A stretch of 64,000 nt of DNA, taken from the NCBI GenBank assembly GCA_965223265.1, contig OZ244999.1, positions 2,976,001 to 3,040,000 of the forward strand. Reading direction: 5' to 3'. This document shows, piece by piece, positions 48,119 through 58,054 of this stretch. This DNA comes from Planctomycetota bacterium (lineage in GTDB: Bacteria; Planctomycetota; UBA8108; SXIK01). Both the position numbers and the translations under genes were made by a program. The first letter of the stretch is position 1, and each line of letters starts with the position of its first letter. The notes beneath the pieces are model-generated. The model saw only the letters and a program-made list of their open reading frames with translations. It ran no database searches and had not been told where the DNA came from.

Positions 48119-49569
48119 CGCAACCGCCGGAGACTTCAGGGCGTTGGTATGCCGCGGTGACGCGTTATCAGTGGACGGTCCTCGCGATTGCATCCCTGGG
48201 GTGGGTGTTCGATGTCTTCGAGGGGCAGATTTTCGTCGCTTCGATGAATGAAGCTCTGCCGTCGCTGCTTCCCGCTGACGCGAGGCAGCGCGTGGAGCTC
48301 TACAACAGGTTCGCTCTGGCCGCGTTCCTACTGGGGGGCGCGTGCGGCGGTGTGCTGTTCGGCGTCCTCAGTGACCGCATCGGTCGAGTCAAGACCATGA
48401 CTCTCACGATTCTCGTCTACTCGCTGTTCACGGCACTCACCGCATTCGTCGACGATTGGCGACAGATGGTGGTGCTGCGTTTCGTCGTCGCTTTGGGCGT
48501 CGGTGGCGAGTGGGCTGTCGCGAGCACGCTCGTCGCTGAAGTCTTTCCGCGCCGAGCGCGAGCGTGGGTCGGTTCGATTTTTCACGCCTCGAGTGTTGTG
48601 GGTGTCTATTTAGCCGTCGCAGTCGGCATGTTCATTGTCGCAAATGAACGCCTTGGCTGGCGCTGGGGCTTCGCCGTCGGCGCGTTACCTGCACTTCTGA
48701 CGCTGTGGATTCGCTGGCGGCTCAAGGAACCCGAGGCTTGGGTGGCGTCACGTTCGAGGACGGTCGCGGATTCTGTGAAGCAGCGCCGCGGCGGACGAGT
48801 CGGTGAGCTTTTCAGCCGCCAGCTGATTCTCCGCACCATGGTCGGAGTCGTTTTGGCGGCGACGGGAATGGCGACATTTTGGGGGGTGCACATCTACGGT
48901 AGGAACGTCCTCAAACGAAGCGCCGAGCGACAATGGGACGAGCGGGCTGCGGGATTGCGAGCTGAGGTCGTATCGCCTCCTTTCCAGGACGGAACCGAAA
49001 GTGACAACGACGCCGGGGCTGAAACCGCGGCACCGGCGCCACCTGGGACGAAGGTCGAGAGCAGTGCGAAAACGCGCGCGCTGAAGAATGCCGAGATGCT
49101 GGGGATGCTGCTCGCTGCGACCGGCGGTGGGCTCGGGCTGTTTCTTTTCGGCTGGTTCGCGAACCGTCTCGGACGCCGCTGGGCGTTCGGTCTCTTTCAC
49201 ATCGGCGGCCTGGTCGCGGCGCTTCTTCTCTTCAACGTGTTCTATGATGCGTCGCCAATCACCGTGAGCGTCGCGCTGATCGTTTTCGGTTTCCTCACGG
49301 TCGGCATGCACGCCGGCTACGCGATCTACTTCCCCGAGCTCTTCCCAACGCGCCTTCGCGGCACTGGTGCCGGCTTTTGTTTCAACATCGGGCGGGTATT
49401 CGCCGCGCCGATTCTTATCCTTGGTGGCTGGCTGCAGTCCGAAGGCGGGTTGACGCTGCCACAGACCACAAGTCTCTTGAGCTTGCTCTACATCGTCGGC
49501 CTCGTGACGCTCTTCGTCGCTCCGGAGACTCGCGGGGTGGAGCTCGAGGAGTCCGGCAGCGCGGAGTAG
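48115..49569 (+). CDS. MFS transporter
   Basis: [30 protein letters not shown] and PETRG motifs; about 12 hydrophobic segments. Confidence 0.9.
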   Translation: MTQPPETSGRWYAAVTRYQWTVLAIASLGWVFDVFEGQIFVASMNEALPSLLPADARQRVELYNRFALAAFLLGGACGGVLFGVLSDRIGRVKTMTLTILVYSLFTALTAFVDDWRQMVVLRFVVALGVGGEWAVASTLVAEVFPRRARAWVGSIFHASSVVGVYLAVAVGMFIVANERLGWRWGFAVGALPALLTLWIRWRLKEPEAWVASRSRTVADSVKQRRGGRVGELFSRQLILRTMVGVVLAATGMATFWGVHIYGRNVLKRSAERQWDERAAGLRAEVVSPPFQDGTESDNDAGAETAAPAPPGTKVESSAKTRALKNAEMLGMLLAATGGGLGLFLFGWFANRLGRRWAFGLFHIGGLVAALLLFNVFYDASPITVSVALIVFGFLTVGMHAGYAIYFPELFPTRLRGTGAGFCFNIGRVFAAPILILGGWLQSEGGLTLPQTTSLLSLLYIVGLVTLFVAPETRGVELEESGSAE

Positions 49570-49621
49570 TTCCGCATCGAACAGGACGACCCGCAGGTCG
49601 TGTGCGTGTGGATCTCCCAAA

Positions 49622-50710
49622 GTAGCAGGCACACGCCGTGTGCCGTCCGGACGTGAGCGTGGGCGTGAGCGTGACCGCCTCTTCAACGTAGCAGGCACAC
49701 GCCGTGTGCCGTCCGGCCTTGTCGACGTGAGCGTGAGCGTGGGCGTGGGCGCCTCTTCAACGTAGCAGGCACACGCCGTGTGCCGTTCTGGAGGTGACCG
49801 CCGACTGTGACTGTGACCGCGCGTCGTCATCGCTCGTTCTCAAGAACTCCCAGCCTCTCCGTGTGCCGTCCGGCCTTGTCGACGTGAGCGTGAGCGTGGG
49901 CGTGGGCGCCTCTTCAACGTAGCAGGCACACGCCGTGTGCCGTTCTGGAGGTGACCGCCGACTGTGACTGTGACCGCGCGTCGTCATCGCTCGTTCTCAA
50001 GAACTCCCAGCTTCTCCGTGTGCCGTCCGGCCTTGTCGACGTGACCGTGAGCGTGACCGTGACCGCCTCTTCAACGTAGCAGGCACACGCCGTGTGCCGT
50101 TCTGGAGGTGACCGCCGACTGTGACTGTGACCGCGCGTCGTCATCGCTCGTTCTCAAGAACTCCCAGCCTCTCCGTGTGCCGTCCGGCCTTGTCGAGGTG
50201 AGCGTGAGCGTGAGCGTGAGCGTGAGCGTGACCGCCTCTTCAACGTAGCAGGCACACGCCGTGTGCCGTCCGGCCTTGTCGACGTGAGCGTGAGCGTGGG
50301 CGTGAGCGTGGGCGTGGGCGCCTCTTCAACGTAGCAGGCACACGCCGTGTGCCGTTCTGGAGGTGACCGCCGACTGTGACTGTGACCGCGCGTCGTCATC
50401 GCTCGTTCTCAAGAACTCCCAGCCTCTCCGTGTGCCGTCCGGCCTTGTCGACGTGAGCGTGAGCGTGGGCGTGGGCGCCTCTTCAACGTAGCAGGCACAC
50501 GCCGTGTGCCGTTCTGGAGGTGACCGCCGACTGTGACTGTGACCGCGCGTCGTCATCGCTCGTTCTCAAGAACTCCCAGCCTCTCCGTGTGCCGTCCGGC
50601 CTTGTCGACGTGAGCGTGAGCGTGGGCGTGGGCGCCTCTTCAACGTAGCAGGCACACGCCGTGTGCCGTCCGGCCTTGTCGACGTGAGCGTGAGCGTGAG
50701 CGTGGGCGTG
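49622..50710 (+). repeat. Array of nine direct GTAG-type REP hairpins with variable hexamer cassettes
   Basis: GTAGCAGGCACACGCCGTGTGCCGT at 49622, 49688, 49762, 49919, 50076, 50245, 50331, 50488 and 50645; periods 66, 74, 157, 157, 169, 86, 157 and 157. Confidence 0.93.
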
Positions 50711-50926
50711 GAGCATGAGCGTGAGTTGCGGCGGGTGCCGCCCGGTCTTGTGAGTGTGATTGCGATCGCGTGTGAGAGTGCCTCCTCCCCCGCTCCGGCG
50801 TCTGCTTCTGCCTCCGCTTCTGTCATCTGCCTCTGCCATCCGTCTCCGTCTCTGCCTCTGCCTCTGTCTCTGTCTCCTCCGCTAGAATCCCATGCGCCTC
50901 GCACAGCCCCTTGGTAAACTACCGCG

Positions 50927-51997
50927 ATGCAACACAACACGGTTCGCTTCGGACTCGTAGGCTACGGCCTCTTCGGAAAACATCACGCTGCGGCGATCGC
51001 CTCCGCCGAGGGTGGTTCGCTCGCAGCCGTCTGCGCTCCTTCGAGCGCCAGCCAGGGCGCTGCTACAGCCGCACACCCCGGTGCGTTCGTCTGCGCCGAC
51101 TATCGACAGCTCATCCGCCGCGACGACATCGACGTTGTCGATGTGGCGGCGCCGAATCATCTTCACTACGAGATCGCTGTCGCGGCGTTGAACGCGGACA
51201 AGCACGTCTTCCTCGAGAAGCCGATGGCGCTTTGCGTTCGCGAGCTCGACGAACTGGTTGCGGTTGCTGCGGCGCGGCGGCGGCTTCTTGCGATCAATCA
51301 CGAGCTTCGCCTGTCGCGGCTGTGGGGCGGTGTCAAGGAGCTCATCGACCGGGGCGTCATCGGCACGCCACGCTATGCTCTCGTCGAACTCTCGAGATTT
51401 CCCTATCGCCAAGGTGCAGACGGTTGGCGTTACGATACCGCCCGCGTTGGCAGTTGGATTCTTGAAGAGCCGATCCATTTTTTCGATCTGGCCTGTTGGT
51501 ACTTGGCATCGTGCGGCGTACCCGAATCGATCGATGCGGCCGCAAGCGCTCGCGACGGACGGCACGAACTCGAGCGCAGCGACAATTTCTCAGCGCTCGT
51601 CCGCTGGAAGAACGGAGCCTACGCCGTCGTCTCCCAGACGCTGGCGGCATTCGGACATCATGTCACAGCGAAGGTTGCCGGTGAGAAAGGCACGATTTGG
51701 GCGCGGTGGTCGGCGCCGGACGCACGTTCCTCCGCGCCCCAGTTTGAGCTGCGTTACGGGCTTGGAGACGTTGTGCAGGAGGTGGCATTCGCTGCCGTGA
51801 CCGGGGAGCTCGTCGAGCTCGCCGACCACGTCGCCGCTATCATTCAGTGCGTGAAGCACGCTGAGTCGCCACCGTGCAGCGCCGTCGACGGCCGCTTGTC
51901 ATCCTTGCTCTGCCTCGCCGCGCTTGAGTCGGCGCGGCGGTGCGCTCCCGTAGCTCTGGAAGACTTCGCTGCGGCGGGCGGTCCCGCCGCGCCCTGA
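50927..51997 (+). CDS. Gfo/Idh/MocA family dehydrogenase
   Basis: GLVGYGLFGKHH, PNHLH, HVFLEKPMA and LEEPIHFFD motifs. Confidence 0.88.
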   Translation: MQHNTVRFGLVGYGLFGKHHAAAIASAEGGSLAAVCAPSSASQGAATAAHPGAFVCADYRQLIRRDDIDVVDVAAPNHLHYEIAVAALNADKHVFLEKPMALCVRELDELVAVAAARRRLLAINHELRLSRLWGGVKELIDRGVIGTPRYALVELSRFPYRQGADGWRYDTARVGSWILEEPIHFFDLACWYLASCGVPESIDAAASARDGRHELERSDNFSALVRWKNGAYAVVSQTLAAFGHHVTAKVAGEKGTIWARWSAPDARSSAPQFELRYGLGDVVQEVAFAAVTGELVELADHVAAIIQCVKHAESPPCSAVDGRLSSLLCLAALESARRCAPVALEDFAAAGGPAAP

Positions 51998-52056
51998 CCG
52001 GGCAGCGACCACTCGGGGCGAGGGCCGCGCTTTTCGCGCGTACAGACTTCGCCGGG

Positions 52057-52848
52057 TCACAGACACGTCCAGCCGCCGTCGACCATCAAGTTCGCGCCGG
52101 TGATGTAAGCTGATGCGTCTGACGCCAAGAACACAGCCGCACCCTTGACGTCTTCGTTTTCGAGCATGCGACCGATCGGCACGCGCTTCGAATACTCGCT
52201 GAGGAACGGCTCTTCCTGGTGGTTGAAGTAGCCTCCCGGGCTGATGCAGTTGGCGCGGACGCCTTTCTTACCGTAGTAGCACGCGAGGTAGCGTGTGAAG
52301 TTGATCATGCCGGCTTTGACGAAGTTGTAGCTCGGCGGTTGCTTCATACTCGTGCCGACGTAGAGGTTCGGATCATTGGCGACGACCCCGTAGATGCTGG
52401 ATATGTTGACGATCGAGCCGCGTCCCTGTTCAACCATGTCGCGGATGAAGAGCTGGCAAATGTGCAGTAGGCCGACGAAGTCGCCGTCGCCGCTGCGCGA
52501 CCAGATCTCCGGCGATTGCTCTTCGAAGCCGCCGCCCGTGTGGCCGTCGCGCGCAAGAGCGCTGTTCACCAGGACGTCTATGCGTCCAAAACGGCTGATG
52601 ACCTCCTTGTGAAGGCGTTCGATCGATTCGGTGTTCCCGATGTCGAGCTCGAAACCGTGAGCCTCGTAGCCGCTCGCCCGGAGACGCTCGGCAAACTCCT
52701 CGTTGGCGGGTAGCGATCTGGAGGCCGTGATGACCGTCGCGCCAGCTTCCGCCAGTGCTTCGCTGATGCTGCTGCCGAAAAGAGGTCCAGCGCCGGCAGT
52801 GACAAGAGCTATGCGGCCGTCAAGCGAGAAACGATCGAGGATTGCCAT
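52057..52848 (-). CDS. Short-chain dehydrogenase/reductase
   Basis: IDVLVNSA, NISSIYG, YNFVK (YxxxK), NCISPGG and VDGG motifs. Confidence 0.9.
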   Translation of the reverse strand: MAILDRFSLDGRIALVTAGAGPLFGSSISEALAEAGATVITASRSLPANEEFAERLRASGYEAHGFELDIGNTESIERLHKEVISRFGRIDVLVNSALARDGHTGGGFEEQSPEIWSRSGDGDFVGLLHICQLFIRDMVEQGRGSIVNISSIYGVVANDPNLYVGTSMKQPPSYNFVKAGMINFTRYLACYYGKKGVRANCISPGGYFNHQEEPFLSEYSKRVPIGRMLENEDVKGAAVFLASDASAYITGANLMVDGGWTCL

Positions 52849-53018
52849 GTGTCTCTCCGTCTTTCTCCGAGTCTTTTCCTTTGTTTTCTTTTCGCGAGGT
52901 TGCGGACGCAGGATTGCCAGTCGGTTACGATACCGAGCCGCGTGCGGAGTGGAGAGCGGATTCTCCTCAGTTCCGTCCAGGTCACATGAACCAGCCGCTG
53001 GGAGGATTGAGACTCAGG

Positions 53019-53789
53019 ATGCGTAGCAGTAAGACACTTGCCAAGCTTCGCGAGGGAAAACCCGTCCGCATCTGCGCTCTGGGTCATTTCATTCCGCCCT
53101 ACATCCGTCTCGCCGCCGCCAGTGGCTTTGATTGCATTTGGCTCGATCTCGAGCATCGCGCGTTCGACCCGCGCGAGGTGCAGTCGCTACTGGCGTTCTT
53201 TCACCTTTTTGACGTCGATTGCATGCTGCGGCCAGCGACTATCGAGAAGACGCCACTCTACCGCTACCTCGAGGACGGAGCCTCCGGATTGATGATTCCT
53301 CACGTGTCGACTCCGGAGAGGGCAGAGGAGATCGTGCGGTCAGTCCGTTTCCCGCCAGAGGGCGACCGCGGCCTCGACGGCGCCGGCCTCGACAGCGACT
53401 TTATCTTTCAGGGCGGTGAGCCGTATCCGCCGGCAGCGAATCGCGAGACGTTCTTGGTCGTGCAGATCGAGACGCCTGAGGCGATCGACAACGTCGAAGC
53501 GATCGCGGCGATCCCGGGCGTCGATGGGCTCTTCGTTGGTCCCGGCGACCTCGGACTGCGCCTGCGGCAGCTCGCTGCGGCTGCGACGCTTGACGACGCG
53601 ATCGAGCACGTTGCGGCGGCCGCATCCAAGCATGGCAAAGCGTGGGGAAGTCCTGTCGCTACTTCAGAGCAACTTCGCTCGCGCCGCGAACAAGGGGCGC
53701 AGTTGCTGGCGCGGGGCGGCGACTTCATGGCGCTGAAGGAAGCTCTCGAGCGTTGGGCGGCTGATTTCGACGAGTGCGGCGACGCATGA
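53019..53789 (+). CDS. HpcH/HpaI family class II aldolase
   Basis: GFDCIWLDLEH, GLMIPHV, FPPEGDRG, QIET and LFVGPGDL motifs. Confidence 0.88.
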   Translation: MRSSKTLAKLREGKPVRICALGHFIPPYIRLAAASGFDCIWLDLEHRAFDPREVQSLLAFFHLFDVDCMLRPATIEKTPLYRYLEDGASGLMIPHVSTPERAEEIVRSVRFPPEGDRGLDGAGLDSDFIFQGGEPYPPAANRETFLVVQIETPEAIDNVEAIAAIPGVDGLFVGPGDLGLRLRQLAAAATLDDAIEHVAAAASKHGKAWGSPVATSEQLRSRREQGAQLLARGGDFMALKEALERWAADFDECGDA

Positions 53790-56518
53790 GGTGCGCGTGG
53801 CGTGCGGATGCTTGCGTCGGCGCCGGTCGTTCGCTGCGGCTGCCCATCTTATGGCTGTTACTTGTCACTGCCTGGTGGGTAGCCGGCGACCACGGTGCTG
53901 TCTGGGCTCAAGCTGAAGCGGGGCCCACGAAACGGATGTCCAGGTCGGCGAGTTCGGAGACGGACTTGGCGGCACCACACGCCATCGAGTGGAGCCACTC
54001 CACTCCTTTGCCGCGCGCCCTCGTGGGGCACTTCGCCGGCATCGTTACCTGGGGAGAGGACGGCGAGAAGCCGCTGCGTCGAGCGCTCGTCGTCGCCGGT
54101 GGGACTGGCTTCGAGGCTGTTCCTGGGGGAAGCGGCCGCCGTCGGGAATGGTACGACGCCGTCGCCGTCCTTCCAGAAGGTGCAGCCGAGTGGTCGAGCG
54201 GATTCGCCCTTGCTCGCTCGCTCGCCCACGGCGTCAGCATCGCTACGGCCGATCATCGCCTCGTCTGCATCGGGGGCGGGGACGATCGCTCGCACTCGCG
54301 CGAGGTGATCGCGCTGGGCTGGGACGGCGAGAACCTTAGCACGCAAGCCTTGCCGCCGCTGCCGCGACCGTGCGCGTTCATGGCCGGCGCGTTGGTTGGT
54401 GAGGCGATCTACGTTGCGGCCGGGCAGGAAAGTCCATCGTCTCCCGCGCCGTTCAAGGCGTTCTGGCGTCTTGCGCTCAAGCCGAAAGAGAATGGAGAGT
54501 GGGGGTGGGAGGAGCTCGCGCCGTGGCCGGGGGAGGCGCGCACCCACGCGATCGCGGCTGCACTTGGCAGCACGTTCTTCTTGGCTGGCGGCAGTCGCGC
54601 GCCAGGCGAAGCCGAAGTCGCGGCCGACGATTTCCTTCGCGAAGCGTACCGCTATTCGCCCTCTCCGCAGGGTGGGAAGTGGGAGCGGACCGCTGACCTG
54701 CCGTATGGTGTGGCCGCGGCGCCCGCGCACGGCGTCGGCAGCACTCACGTCTTCGTTTTCGGCACCACTCTCGCGCCACCGGTGAGCGCGGCTACTCGGG
54801 CGCGCGAGAACGCTACAGAGCGCCGCTACGAGGTTCTCGCCTACGAGGCGGTAACGGACACGTGGCGTGCTTTCGGGTCGGCACCGCGAAGCCTTGCCGC
54901 TGCCCCGCTCCTTATGTGGCGGCACGAAGGGCGCGAGTACTCCTTCTTGTTCGCGGGTGGCCGCGGTCGAGACGATCAACCGACGCAAGAGGCTGTGTTC
55001 GCCGAGATCGCGAGCGACCCGGCGACCTTTCAGTTCCTCGACTACGCCGCACTGGTTGCTTACCTGCTGGCGATGATCGCCATGGGGCTCTACTTCGCGC
55101 GTCGCGGCAAGACGACGCAGGATTTCTTTCTCGCCGGGCGTCGCATTCCGTGGTGGGCGGCGACTCTCAGTATCTTCAGCACGCAGCTCAGCGCCATCAC
55201 CTTCATGGCGATCCCTGGGAAGGCGTTCGCGACGAATTGGGTGTCGATGCTGATGAACCTGGGTATCGTTCTTTCAGCCCCACTCGTGGTGTTTTGGTTC
55301 TTGCCGTTTTTTCGTCGCCTCAACGTGACGACCGCGTACGAGTATCTCGAGAGGCGCTTTAGCGCTCCGATTCGACTCTACGGCAGCCTCGCGTTTATTG
55401 TCTATCAACTTGGGCGCATGGGAATTGTCCTTTTCCTGCCGTCTCTGGCGCTCTCGACCGTCACTGGATTCGACGTCTACGCTTGCATCGTGATCTTGGG
55501 TGTTTTGTGCACGATCTACACCGTGCTCGGCGGCATTGAGGCTGTGGTCTGGACCGATGTGCTGCAGACGTTCGTTCTTCTCGGCGGTGCGCTCCTTTGC
55601 CTCGGAGTCGTGATCACCAGCCTCGACGGCGGCCTCAGCGAAATCTTTGCGGTTGCACACCGAAGTGGAAAACTTCAGACGATCGAATGGTCAGGCGGGC
55701 TCACCTCGACGGTGTATTGGGTCGTCATCGTCGGTGGCCTCTTCACGCAGCTCATTCCCTACTGTTCTGATCAGTCCGTGATTCAGCGCTTCTTGACGAC
55801 GCCGACGGAGAAGGCGGCGGCGCGTTCCATTTGGATTCACGCCGTCATGGTGGTTCCATCTTCGCTCCTTTTCTTTGGGGTCGGCACGGCGCTATTCGTC
55901 TTCTACCAGTCGCGTCCTGAGCTCTTGAATCCGACGTCTGCATCGAGCGACGACATCTTCCCTTGGTTCATTGCCAACGAATTGCCCGCGGGTCTTTCGG
56001 GTATCGTGATTGCTGGGCTCTTTGCTGCGACGATGTCGAGCGTCGATAGCAGCATGAACAGTATTGCAACGGTGCTCGTGACGGACTTCTACCGTCGTTT
56101 TCGGCCGCATGCTGACGACCATCGTTGTCTCAACTTGGCGCGATCGCTCACGATCATCATCGGAGTCTTCGCGACGGCAGCAGCGGTGCTCATCGGGCTT
56201 CTCAACGCTGAGTCGCTTTGGGACCTCTTTCTCAAGAACGCGGGACTTCTCGGGAGCAGCCTGGCGGGTATTTTTCTTCTGGGCGTTCTGACGCAGCGTG
56301 CGAACACCGGTGGGACCGTCATCGGGGCGCTCTGCAGCATCGGGACGCTGGCATGGATCCAACGACTTGAACCGCAGCCGATCAATGGCTATCTGTACGC
56401 CGTGGTTGGCATCCTCGTCTGCGTCGGCGTTGGCTACGCGGCCAGCTGGTTGTTCCCAGCGCCGGGGGAGAGGATCGAAGGGCTGACCGTAGCGACTGTA
56501 CGGCCGCCGAGCGATTGA
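53786..56518 (+). CDS. Kelch (NanM-like) propeller fused to a sodium:solute symporter
   Basis: Kelch repeats (LVVAGG, LVCIGG, IYVAAG, FFLAGG); SSS motifs FFLAGR, LSAITF, TAYEYLERRF, GGIEAVVWTD, DQSVIQR and AATMSS. ATGA overlap with the aldolase. Confidence 0.88.
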   Translation: MRCAWRADACVGAGRSLRLPILWLLLVTAWWVAGDHGAVWAQAEAGPTKRMSRSASSETDLAAPHAIEWSHSTPLPRALVGHFAGIVTWGEDGEKPLRRALVVAGGTGFEAVPGGSGRRREWYDAVAVLPEGAAEWSSGFALARSLAHGVSIATADHRLVCIGGGDDRSHSREVIALGWDGENLSTQALPPLPRPCAFMAGALVGEAIYVAAGQESPSSPAPFKAFWRLALKPKENGEWGWEELAPWPGEARTHAIAAALGSTFFLAGGSRAPGEAEVAADDFLREAYRYSPSPQGGKWERTADLPYGVAAAPAHGVGSTHVFVFGTTLAPPVSAATRARENATERRYEVLAYEAVTDTWRAFGSAPRSLAAAPLLMWRHEGREYSFLFAGGRGRDDQPTQEAVFAEIASDPATFQFLDYAALVAYLLAMIAMGLYFARRGKTTQDFFLAGRRIPWWAATLSIFSTQLSAITFMAIPGKAFATNWVSMLMNLGIVLSAPLVVFWFLPFFRRLNVTTAYEYLERRFSAPIRLYGSLAFIVYQLGRMGIVLFLPSLALSTVTGFDVYACIVILGVLCTIYTVLGGIEAVVWTDVLQTFVLLGGALLCLGVVITSLDGGLSEIFAVAHRSGKLQTIEWSGGLTSTVYWVVIVGGLFTQLIPYCSDQSVIQRFLTTPTEKAAARSIWIHAVMVVPSSLLFFGVGTALFVFYQSRPELLNPTSASSDDIFPWFIANELPAGLSGIVIAGLFAATMSSVDSSMNSIATVLVTDFYRRFRPHADDHRCLNLARSLTIIIGVFATAAAVLIGLLNAESLWDLFLKNAGLLGSSLAGIFLLGVLTQRANTGGTVIGALCSIGTLAWIQRLEPQPINGYLYAVVGILVCVGVGYAASWLFPAPGERIEGLTVATVRPPSD

Positions 56519-56542
56519 GACCCGATCGATCAAAGAAGATCG

Positions 56543-57964
56543 TCAGTCGCACGATTCTGACAACTTGATGAGCGAACGGAGCGCGTCGCCGAGAGCGCTG
56601 ACGCCCTCCAGGATCGCGTCCGTGGGAATCACGAGCGGCGGGCACACTTTGACCGTGGGCTGGTTGGTCTGAAAGAGCATGACGCCGTGCTTGACTCCGG
56701 CCCACGTCCAGTCGCGCGCCAGCTCCGGATCGGGTTCGCCGCTTGCAGATTTGCGGGTGTGCACGGCTTTCCGAGTGTGCACAGCGTTGAGCAGCCCGAG
56801 CCCGCTGACGCGCTCGATGTGATCGGGAAACTCCGCTTGAAGTCTCGCCAGCTCGCGGCGGGCGACGGCGCCTTTCTCGTCGGCGGCTCGAATCAGCCCT
56901 TCTTCCTCCAACACATCGAGGTTGGCGAGCGCTGCCGCGCATGAGAGTGGGTGGGCTGCATGGGTGGTCGTGATCGAACCGGGGGGCAAGACTCCGAGGA
57001 CCGATTCCGGCCCAAGAACGGCAGCGAGAGGCAGGCTTGAGGTGACGCCTTTGCCAATGCAGATCAGGTCCGGATAAATGCCGTAGTGCTCATGGCAGAA
57101 GAGTTTTCCGGTGCGACCGAAGCCGGTTTGGATCTCATCGAAGACGAGTAGAACGTCGTGCGCATCGGCCCATTCGCGAAGCCGGCGTGCGTATGCACGC
57201 GGCAACGGGAGCGCGCCCCAGCCTTGCATCGCCTCGACGAACACCGCGGCGATTTCTTCGTCGCGAACGCCGCTCGCGTTGAGGGTGGCGATGTTGGCAT
57301 CGAAGAACGCGGCCCATTCGGCATCGGAGCGTGCCTCGGCGGCGGGCGCGCGAGGAAATGGGATGTGATGAATTCTTGTCGTGCTACCCGGCAGCCACGG
57401 TTTCGCAGCAGAGGGGCCGGAGAGTTGGTGCGCTCCCAGCGTCCAGCCGTGATAGTCTCCAGCGTGCGTGAGAACGTGCGTGCGCTGTGGCTTTTGCACC
57501 AGCCCCCATTCGCACACAAGCCTGTAGGCGCACTCGATCGCTTCCGAACCCGCCGTCCAAAAGTAGGCCTGTTCACAACCCGGCGGCGCGAGGTCGAGGA
57601 GCCTCGTCGCCAGCTGCACGCGCAGCTCGGAGGCGAAGCTGAACTGCGCCAAGAGTCCCGACTCGACGTGACGAGCGATGGCTTCTCGCACCGCTGGGTG
57701 GCCGTGGCCGCTGTTGGCCATCACGGCCGTCGACGTGAAGTCGATCCAGCAGTTTCCGGCGCAATCGAAAACTTGATAACCAGCGGCGCGGTCCCAAACG
57801 ATCGGCGGTTGGAAACAGTTGACCGCGGGAAACAGCCGCCGACTCTCACGCAGTGCTTCGATCGTCGCGGGCGCCGGGAGGTCGGTCTGGATGCGTCGAT
57901 GAACCGTCGCGATGCGCGGCGTCGGCTCAGGAGTGTATCCGAACGTATTGTCGAGAATCGGCAT
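56543..57964 (-). CDS. Class III PLP-dependent aminotransferase
   Basis: GHGHP, GSEAIE, YHGWT, FDEIQTGFGRTG and PDLICIGKG motifs. Confidence 0.9.
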   Translation of the reverse strand: MPILDNTFGYTPEPTPRIATVHRRIQTDLPAPATIEALRESRRLFPAVNCFQPPIVWDRAAGYQVFDCAGNCWIDFTSTAVMANSGHGHPAVREAIARHVESGLLAQFSFASELRVQLATRLLDLAPPGCEQAYFWTAGSEAIECAYRLVCEWGLVQKPQRTHVLTHAGDYHGWTLGAHQLSGPSAAKPWLPGSTTRIHHIPFPRAPAAEARSDAEWAAFFDANIATLNASGVRDEEIAAVFVEAMQGWGALPLPRAYARRLREWADAHDVLLVFDEIQTGFGRTGKLFCHEHYGIYPDLICIGKGVTSSLPLAAVLGPESVLGVLPPGSITTTHAAHPLSCAAALANLDVLEEEGLIRAADEKGAVARRELARLQAEFPDHIERVSGLGLLNAVHTRKAVHTRKSASGEPDPELARDWTWAGVKHGVMLFQTNQPTVKVCPPLVIPTDAILEGVSALGDALRSLIKLSESCD

Positions 57965-58054
57965 CAGCGCGCCTCGCTCCCCGCGTCCATCATGCACAGA
58001 CGAGAAGCAGCGAAGAAGAACGGCTCCAGGTCGAACTTCACGACCCGGCTCGAG

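Noticed and set aside
49622-50710. CRISPR array
   Set aside because: The intervening sequences are repeated and low-complexity rather than unique, periods range from 66 to 169 bp, and no cas genes are present.
48748-50940. Repeated minus-strand peptides (MTTRGHSHS...HTACACY) as RiPP precursors
   Set aside because: They are translations of the DNA repeat that shift frame each unit (157 is not a multiple of 3), with no ribosome-binding site and no modifying enzymes nearby.
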